Position numbers and translations under genes: made by a program | IMG/VR virus record: IMGVR_UViG_3300032234_000483 | Coordinates: 1 to 30,956 of that record | DNA length: 30,956 nucleotides | Direction: 5' to 3' (one strand) | Source: a virus | Lineage: Duplodnaviria; Caudoviricetes | In this document: positions 24,448-30,956 of the stretch, piece after piece | Numbering within the stretch: the stretch's first letter is position 1 | Layout: every line of letters starts with the position of its first letter | The notes under the pieces: generated by a model | Seen by the model: only the letters and a program-made list of their open reading frames with translations | The model's database searches: none | What the model was told of the DNA's origin: nothing

Positions 24448-26438
24448 TACTTAGCCTTATTTTGTTGTGACTTCCACTCTTGGTAACGTCTTTCTTTATC
24501 CGCGTCTTCAAAAGATGGAACCTTAGATGCTGCTTTTTTACCACTGAGTTTAATTTCAGAAGCAAGAGTTGCACGAAGCTGTTCTTCATACTTATCAATC
24601 TTGGCTTGTACTTCTTTACTATCCATAAATGCTGCGTAATCTTTTGGCTTACCTGGAGTTCCTGTTGCTCTAAACATTTGACCAAGTTCTTTATCCAAAC
24701 GAGCACGATGTAACAACATCTCTTGGCGTTTAACCAACATCTCTGGAGTGTCGGACAATGAACCAGCAATCTTTTCAAACATTGTTCGTTCAAAGTCAGA
24801 CACAGTACCTTGGCCCTGACTTAACTTAGACGCTTCTAAAGCGTTTCTGGCTAAGTTCTGTGCAATCTCTCTACGTGCTTCAATAACAGCTCTTGAAGAG
24901 CCCGGCATTGCAACGGTTAAAGCGTCTTCAATTGATTTAATACCAATAGCTCCGGAAGGTGTGTTCATACCATCCCTAGCAATAGTAGCCAAAGCATTCA
25001 TAATACCTGGCGCTGTCAATAAACCAACTGCGTTAGGATGCTTTTTGACAACGTCAATAACTCGCTCACTTGAAGTAATACGCTCTGCCACAGACTTAGG
25101 TTCTGTTTGCTGAGTGAATGTTTCTTGTTGTTTTTTAATATCAGCGGCACTGGCTTCAGCCACTCCCTTTCTGAATGTTTGTGTAACTTCTTCTTCTTTT
25201 TCAAGAGTACCTGGAGTAGGACGACGAGTTGGAGCTGCAGTCGGAGTGACAGTTGTAGCCGTTGTTGTAGGAGCAGCAGTTGTCACCGGAGCTGTCGCAG
25301 GAGTGCCTGCTTCAAATCGTGTGATGGCTCTCTTAACCGCTTCAATAGCTTCAGGAGTGTTTGGAATTGGGTCGTTAGGACCGATGCCCAACTCTTTAGC
25401 AATAACACCACCGTAGTTTGTAGTAGATGCTGCTGAGTTACCAGGTGCTGCAGCAGGCGCCCAAGTCTCTGCCAAACGCGCTGGAGTAACTGGCTGCTCA
25501 CCAAATCTCTGCTTGTAAGATTCGCTCTTACCAGATAGCTTGCCTTCAACGTCAGCATCAAGCGCGGCTTCACCTTCCTCTGGTGTATCAAACGTTCTGA
25601 TTTTACCGGTCTTAGAGTCAACCAAATTACCTGGGTTGTTGTTGCGCACACTAACAGGAGGCTGAGCGCCACCAGTTGTGGTAGCTGCAGGAGCCGTTGA
25701 AGCACCTCCAGTTACAGTCGTAACAGCTTTCTGAGTCTGAGGAGTGTCTTCGTACAAGTGTCTATTGCGGTTGTATTCATCCACAGACACAACCTTGCGG
25801 AATGGCTGACCATCAGGACCAATAGCCACAACGGGCACAGTTGGCTTAAACATTTCAGCCTGTGTGTTGTACTTAACAGCAAAGTCGTTGAAAATCTTAT
25901 CGTAGGCTTCTTGAGTTGGTGCGTTTGCCAAAGCGACTTTAACATGGTCAGGCATATACATGCCTCCAGATTGAGCGCCTTGTTGCCCTGTACCAGTACC
26001 CATTCCTAATTGATTTGCCCGACGTGCTTCAAAATCAGCTTGCTTTTGTTGAGCAGCTTTCATTTGAGCAATTTGGTTTCTCATCTGGAAGATATCGCCA
26101 ATTTCTTCTTCTCGTGTTTTAGCACGGGTTGCTAAACTTTGAGCTGTGTTGCCACCATATCCAGGGAACCAAGCTGATACATCTTTAATGCCTTCAGCAA
26201 AACTATTTTTTCTGGCTTCTTTTTCTTCTAACACTCTTTGCATGTTTTCAAGAATGCCAGGAGCCAAAGCGATTGGACCAGACGGTGTTGCTGTTGCAAA
26301 CCTACCCTTTGAGGCCAAGGGTGTTACAACAGGACGTGCTGTAGTTTCTACAGTATCTTCGGTCTGTTCTGTTGGTGTAACGCTATCTAATCCTGCTGCC
26401 ATATTATTCTCCGTAGTTTCCGTAGCCGTTATCGCCAT
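24447..26438 (-). CDS. Probable ejection protein with RNNNPGNL domain
   Basis: 663 aa; VRNNNPGNL..FDTPEEG..TWAP..AITRFE flanked by Thr/Ala/Pro-rich linkers; TAATG coupling. Confidence 0.7.
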   Translation of the reverse strand: MAITATETTENNMAAGLDSVTPTEQTEDTVETTARPVVTPLASKGRFATATPSGPIALAPGILENMQRVLEEKEARKNSFAEGIKDVSAWFPGYGGNTAQSLATRAKTREEEIGDIFQMRNQIAQMKAAQQKQADFEARRANQLGMGTGTGQQGAQSGGMYMPDHVKVALANAPTQEAYDKIFNDFAVKYNTQAEMFKPTVPVVAIGPDGQPFRKVVSVDEYNRNRHLYEDTPQTQKAVTTVTGGASTAPAATTTGGAQPPVSVRNNNPGNLVDSKTGKIRTFDTPEEGEAALDADVEGKLSGKSESYKQRFGEQPVTPARLAETWAPAAAPGNSAASTTNYGGVIAKELGIGPNDPIPNTPEAIEAVKRAITRFEAGTPATAPVTTAAPTTTATTVTPTAAPTRRPTPGTLEKEEEVTQTFRKGVAEASAADIKKQQETFTQQTEPKSVAERITSSERVIDVVKKHPNAVGLLTAPGIMNALATIARDGMNTPSGAIGIKSIEDALTVAMPGSSRAVIEARREIAQNLARNALEASKLSQGQGTVSDFERTMFEKIAGSLSDTPEMLVKRQEMLLHRARLDKELGQMFRATGTPGKPKDYAAFMDSKEVQAKIDKYEEQLRATLASEIKLSGKKAASKVPSFEDADKERRYQEWKSQQNKAK

Positions 26439-27393
26439 TATACCAGTCTAACCAATTAAAGTTAGGGTCACTTGCCATGGCAGAATCAGAAGGAGAGGTG
26501 TAGTTATTATTAGGAACATAGAAATCATAATCACCAGGTTGGTCTTGTGTCTCATCAGACCCACGGTCGTAGAAAATGCTGCCTGTGTTGTTAGCGGCAT
26601 TACCGTAATTACCACCCAAAACTGTTTTGCCTAAGTTTGCTAAACCACCTTTTAATCCAAGGCTTGATAACAAATTGGCAACAGGACCTGTTCCACCTAA
26701 AGCTGTAGACAAACCACCAAGTTGATTTAATAGAGACGCTTCTCTTATTTTAGTCTCTGTTTTATCTGGGCTCAACGCTTGCAAAATCTTAGCTTCATTT
26801 AAAGCGCTTGCGTACGGTTCGTTTTGTTGGTACTGAGCAGTGTTCAAAGCACCTTGAACTTGTTGGTTACCCAAGTTACCAAGAGCCGCACCTGCTGATA
26901 CGCCAGTCTGTTGGTTTGTCAAAGCGGACTGCATTTGTTTTTGGAACAAATCGTTTGCTGCAGCTCCTCTAGCTTTAGCAATACCAGCCAAGTTCATCTT
27001 GCTTCCAAAACCACCAGCGCCAATTGCTGGAGCGGTTGCAGAAGTGTCGATGTCTCCCATGATGGAGTCTAAGTATTGTTGTTGTGCGCCAAACAAACCA
27101 CCCATCGCGGTGTTCATGTTTGGAGTCACTGATGTTTTTCCAGTGGCGTCTGTAGAAGTCAACCAAGGATTAGCAGCTCCCGCACCAATTGTCTGCAAAG
27201 TATTTTGACCTTGTGAAAAAGGTCCAGACGCACCGAACGCATTAACTGCGCTTGGGGCTGTTGTTGCAGCCATGTTTGGAGATTGAAGGTTTCCTAAAGA
27301 TGTACCCACATTTTGAGTTGCCGTGCTGTACCAGCTCGGCATTGATGTGGTTGCTATATCCTTATCAGATACTAAAGAGTTTAGTCCGGCCAT
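26404..27393 (-). CDS. Probable DNA ejection (pilot) protein
   Basis: 329 aa Gln/Gly/Ala/Asn-rich; MPSWY, AGGFGS; position in the virion operon. Confidence 0.65.
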   Translation of the reverse strand: MAGLNSLVSDKDIATTSMPSWYSTATQNVGTSLGNLQSPNMAATTAPSAVNAFGASGPFSQGQNTLQTIGAGAANPWLTSTDATGKTSVTPNMNTAMGGLFGAQQQYLDSIMGDIDTSATAPAIGAGGFGSKMNLAGIAKARGAAANDLFQKQMQSALTNQQTGVSAGAALGNLGNQQVQGALNTAQYQQNEPYASALNEAKILQALSPDKTETKIREASLLNQLGGLSTALGGTGPVANLLSSLGLKGGLANLGKTVLGGNYGNAANNTGSIFYDRGSDETQDQPGDYDFYVPNNNYTSPSDSAMASDPNFNWLDWYNGDNGYGNYGE

Positions 27394-27394
27394 T

Positions 27395-29176
27395 TTATTT
27401 TCTCGCTTTTGTTAATGCTTCTTGCAAATAGGCTAAAGGGCCCTTGCTATCTTCTGGTAATTCGCTTGGGTCTGCTGCACGCTTGTGTGAGCGAATTGCT
27501 TTCATAAATTCATCTAATACATGTGCTCCGGCGTCGTTGTCGCCGTTACCCAAACCAGACACAACGTCCGCTGGTATAACAAACTCACCGCTTGCTAACA
27601 TCGCTGGTACGCTGTCGCTTGTACCATCTCCATCGCCTTTTACATACCTATTACCCATTCCGCCTTCTGAGAAGAACTCAGGGTTGTGTCCTGGAACATA
27701 ACCACCTTCGGCAAAATAAGATTGGTCTGAGAAGTCTTCAGGTTGGTATTCATAGTAACCTGACGATTGGTCTTCCATCTGTGAGTCACCAGTGTCCCAA
27801 CCAAATCCAGATTCCTTATCTTTCATTGCTTCTTCTCGTTTAGCTTGGACTGGGTCCATGTAGTATGTGTCTTGCTCTTGGTTAATGTACTTACCGGCAG
27901 CGCCCAAACCACCAATCTTTGTTTGTGGCGCCCAAGACATATTGCCTGTGGCATTAAACAAATCTAAATTAGAAGTTGCACTTGGTGCTACAGCGGCGTT
28001 ATCTGCGTCTTCATCTGCACCTAATTCAATTCCAGTTCCACCGCCAAATGGAGTTAATCCAGACACAAGACTACGTGGAGTTCTTACTCCAGAGCTTAGA
28101 GACTTGCCAAAAATGCTCTTAACCAAAGAGTCCTTGAGCATGTTCTTGCTGTAGTCTATTAATTTTTGTGGGTCATACCCTTCAATAGTTGCGTCAGGTA
28201 TATTAGCCAAAGCCTCTTCAGACGCAGCCATCTCTTCAGGAGTTGTGTCGTAGTCACCGGGTTGGTCTGCATACTGTTCTGCAGCAGGTAACATAGCTAA
28301 CTCTTCGTCAGCCAATCTTAATTCATCTTCGTTTAATGGGAAGTCGCCTTCTTGGTCACCATACACTGTGGTGTCAGGCAAATTCATATTAGCTAACAAT
28401 TGGTCTTCTGCGGCCAACTCTTCAGCATTCAACGGGAAATCACCAGGCTGGTCACCAATCATATTAGGTGACGGCAAGCCACCCAACTCTAAATCTGCAG
28501 CAGCTAACTCTTCTGAGTTCAATGGGAAGTCGCCCGGTTGGTCACCGTACTCTTCACCAAACATGGATTTTAATTCATCAAATGAATTAGCAATAACATC
28601 GCCAGCCTCATTTACAACTTGACCGACTGCGTTGGTTGCAAGGTTCATGCCTAAGCGTGTGCCATATCCAGCCAAACCGCCGATGATTGCTTGTCCAACA
28701 TCACCACCAGACAACGCTGCTCCAGTTGCTGCTCCGGATGCCGCACTAGCAGCACCACCAGCCATAGTACCCATGCCCATGCCTACGTCTTGTGCAGCAA
28801 GCATAGCTGTTTGTTGTGAGCCTAAGTCTGTGCCATAATTAATAGCGGCGTCTGTTTGACCACCCATATAATCGCCAACGCCTTGCGCAGCGTATGTTAT
28901 GGCAGCAGCTTTTAATGCGTCGTCCAGGTCTCCGCCGTTAGCAACGACTCTACCAGCTGATACCGCTGGTAACATGTATGGAGCATATACCGCGGTAGCT
29001 ACCGTGGCCATGGTGCCAATTGGGTCATTCAAAGCGCCTTGGACAGTGGACTCTAATGTTTGACCCACATCTTGAACGGCATCACCCGCAACCTGTACAA
29101 CGTCCTCGGCAACATCACCCACGACTTCTACTACATCACCAACTACATCACCAACAAAACTCGCTACGGCACCCAT
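27395..29176 (-). CDS. Probable ejection protein with acidic repeats and C-terminal GDGTSDS..MLASGEFVIPADVV domain
   Basis: 593 aa; amphipathic N-terminus, hydrophobic Gly/Ala region, FAEGG motifs. Confidence 0.7.
   Translation of the reverse strand: MGAVASFVGDVVGDVVEVVGDVAEDVVQVAGDAVQDVGQTLESTVQGALNDPIGTMATVATAVYAPYMLPAVSAGRVVANGGDLDDALKAAAITYAAQGVGDYMGGQTDAAINYGTDLGSQQTAMLAAQDVGMGMGTMAGGAASAASGAATGAALSGGDVGQAIIGGLAGYGTRLGMNLATNAVGQVVNEAGDVIANSFDELKSMFGEEYGDQPGDFPLNSEELAAADLELGGLPSPNMIGDQPGDFPLNAEELAAEDQLLANMNLPDTTVYGDQEGDFPLNEDELRLADEELAMLPAAEQYADQPGDYDTTPEEMAASEEALANIPDATIEGYDPQKLIDYSKNMLKDSLVKSIFGKSLSSGVRTPRSLVSGLTPFGGGTGIELGADEDADNAAVAPSATSNLDLFNATGNMSWAPQTKIGGLGAAGKYINQEQDTYYMDPVQAKREEAMKDKESGFGWDTGDSQMEDQSSGYYEYQPEDFSDQSYFAEGGYVPGHNPEFFSEGGMGNRYVKGDGDGTSDSVPAMLASGEFVIPADVVSGLGNGDNDAGAHVLDEFMKAIRSHKRAADPSELPEDSKGPLAYLQEALTKARK
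28197..28552 (-). repeat. Four degenerate tandem coding repeats (GDQPGDFPLNxEELAAxD)
   Basis: xDQ codons at 28538, 28448, 28352, 28262; periods 90, 96, 90 nt. Confidence 0.85.
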
Positions 29177-29670
29177 TAGATGGCTCCTTGCTGTGGTTGC
29201 AATCTAGCGTTAGGTAAACCGCCCTGCTCGCCACCACCTAAATTTACTGTTACTCGGAATCCACCGTCTTCTGTTCTTTGTGCTGCATAACCCATGCCTG
29301 GGAATGGAGGATTGCGACTAATGTATTTGAAAATAGTTAAGATTGACGGGTCTTGAAAAGTTGTCACCAAAGTCTTAAAACCAGTTGCTGCTACAGCCTC
29401 AATAAAAGTGATGCTGTTTTGTAAATAGTTTTGTGCTGTATCTGCGTTTAAAGCGCGGAACACACCAACGGTTGGATTTCTTGGAGATTTTTGGACGATG
29501 AAAAGGGTATTGCCTTCACGCATCATGATAGCACCTGCCTCATGGACTTCTGCCATGATAGATGCGGTCACCTGTTCAGGTGAGTATTGTGAGCCAGTCT
29601 CTTGAGCAGCAATTTGGATGATTTCCTCGTTGCTCAACTCCTGGTGTTTTGAATCGACTACTGCTGTCAT
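29176..29670 (-). CDS. Hypothetical protein, possibly GNAT-like
   Basis: 164 aa; GGGGT SD; alternating strand/helix pattern; slot often held by a GNAT gene in podovirus virion operons. Confidence 0.6.
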   Translation of the reverse strand: MTAVVDSKHQELSNEEIIQIAAQETGSQYSPEQVTASIMAEVHEAGAIMMREGNTLFIVQKSPRNPTVGVFRALNADTAQNYLQNSITFIEAVAATGFKTLVTTFQDPSILTIFKYISRNPPFPGMGYAAQRTEDGGFRVTVNLGGGEQGGLPNARLQPQQGAI

Positions 29671-29797
29671 TTTACCCCGGGTCCAAAAATCGTAAGGCCT
29701 ATGTTCTAAGCTGTCTAGCTTTATAGACTGTAATCTATTTTTATTAACTTGTACTACAGGCCTATTCAGACCCGAAGTTTATTATTTTGTTCTATAT

Positions 29798-29809
29798 CTA
29801 TATATACAA
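29798..29809 (-). promoter_or_regulatory. Phage promoter-like motif copy 7 (TTGTATATATAG)
   Basis: Minus strand GTTGTATATATAGATATAG, same 3' flank as copy 3; upstream of ejection genes. Confidence 0.8.
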
Positions 29810-29828
29810 CAAGTCAGGGTTTTCCGCC

Positions 29829-30083
29829 CTAACTGGAAGGTCCGTTTACTACTGTAATGACCTGGTCCACCCAATCTCTCCAGTCTTCTGCTTCTTCTGG
29901 GTCTGGTAAACCATAGGCCGAAAAGGTAGTCAAACTGGACATGGACAAAGCAAACAGCTTCCAGTCTTCTTCACTAACCATTGGTAATGGCTCTTCTCCG
30001 AAGTAATGAAGCATGTTGCCGTTCCAATCCTCCCAGCTAACCCCTTCAGGCAGCTGAGGTATGTCTTGGAATATCTTTGCCAT
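29829..30083 (-). CDS. Trp-rich acidic hypothetical protein
   Basis: TAATG coupling; WEDWNG..EEDWK..PDP..DWRDW. Confidence 0.75.
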   Translation of the reverse strand: MAKIFQDIPQLPEGVSWEDWNGNMLHYFGEEPLPMVSEEDWKLFALSMSSLTTFSAYGLPDPEEAEDWRDWVDQVITVVNGPSS

Positions 30084-30955
30084 TATGGACGCTCGCTGCC
30101 GTATTCTGCGGTGATGATAACTCTACCCATTTGGTAGTCGCCGTTCACGGTATTGGATGTAAAGATTAAACGAGACTCACGGTTTTCAATACGCAAGTCT
30201 ACCTTGCCATCGTTAGGACCAAACGGAAACACTGGAGAGTATTCCTCAGCACCCCTTGCAAAACCACGTCCAACCACTTGCAATGTCATTTCACCAGTTT
30301 GTAAAAAGTCTGGCTCAACACGACGTAAATGGATACGACGGTTAACACCTGTCGGCGTATCGCCAGCAGGAGTTCCTCCAATCCAACTGATGTCGCAAGT
30401 TGTAACTGACGATGGAATGGCTAAAGTGCCGTCGTCACTGACCGCATTGACACCAAACTCATGCTGCCACATGGTATAACCGTTACTGACTGGGTACACG
30501 TTTTGACCAACACCCGGGGAAGAAGTAAAGTTACTTGAGGCTGTGACCAGTGTAAAATTACCTGCAGGGTTAAATATTGCTGTGCTAACTTCATAAAAGT
30601 TATCAGTCACAACAGTAGAGAACTGGAAGTTTGAACCTGGAACAAATATGGTTGTTTGGTTGCCACTCAAATAAAACTGATTTGAATTAGGAGCTGGTTG
30701 ACCTGCAGGTGTTGCTATGGTTCTAACACCAGTACCAAACGTTGCAACATAGTTCCAATCAAACCAAATTGGTGTTGGGAAAACTTCTGTTGTGTAACCG
30801 CAAGAGCGTTGTGCTCCGACTGCTTGGCCAGCGTCGTACCAGATGTTATCTTTAACGTTGTAGATGATTGCATCTGTGCACTCTGTTGCTGTGCCACGTG
30901 GATAAAAGAACCAAATCTCATTATATCTAGGCACTTTTGTTGCCCAAACTTTTTG
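30083..30955 (-). CDS. C-terminal part of tail/packaged-DNA stabilisation (beta-propeller-type) protein, truncated by window end
   Basis: Frame open to window edge; YNEIWFFYP, IIYN....WY, WQHEFG, RRVEPDF, DLRI..RE.RL; beta-rich. Confidence 0.7.
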   Translation of the reverse strand, partial: QKVWATKVPRYNEIWFFYPRGTATECTDAIIYNVKDNIWYDAGQAVGAQRSCGYTTEVFPTPIWFDWNYVATFGTGVRTIATPAGQPAPNSNQFYLSGNQTTIFVPGSNFQFSTVVTDNFYEVSTAIFNPAGNFTLVTASSNFTSSPGVGQNVYPVSNGYTMWQHEFGVNAVSDDGTLAIPSSVTTCDISWIGGTPAGDTPTGVNRRIHLRRVEPDFLQTGEMTLQVVGRGFARGAEEYSPVFPFGPNDGKVDLRIENRESRLIFTSNTVNGDYQMGRVIITAEYGSERP

Positions 30956-30956
30956 G

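Noticed and set aside
29700-29765. Twister-ribozyme-like words (ACAAG, UAAAA) in the minus-strand leader
   Set aside because: The required pseudoknot pairings could not be formed.

Overview
A 31-kb piece of a tailed dsDNA phage genome with podovirus-like organisation; I saw no integrase or repressor. Plus strand 1-21503: a dense cluster of tiny early genes, a sigma70-family factor lacking region 4, an iteron/AT-rich origin-like element, AEP primase-SF3 helicase, VRR-NUC, HNH, SNF2 helicase, an acyl carrier protein plus ketosynthase pair, tRNA-Thr(UGU), a likely small terminase, DUF2800 nuclease, DUF2815 SSB, class II ribonucleotide reductase and PolA (Leu762 type). Minus strand 21535-30956: virion tail/ejection genes, converging on a bidirectional terminator. 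Highlights: (1) a dedicated transcription system, with seven TTGTATATATAG promoter-like motifs, a sigma lacking domain 4 and a separate sigma4-like gene; (2) an ACP-KS operon that might acylate an ejection protein starting MGAVAS through a GNAT-like neighbour (hypothesis); (3) an ejection polyprotein whose modules are delimited by AxGG doublet motifs; (4) several structured RNAs at predicted transcript starts; (5) no GATC found in a manual scan. All family calls come from motif recognition by eye; no searches were run.
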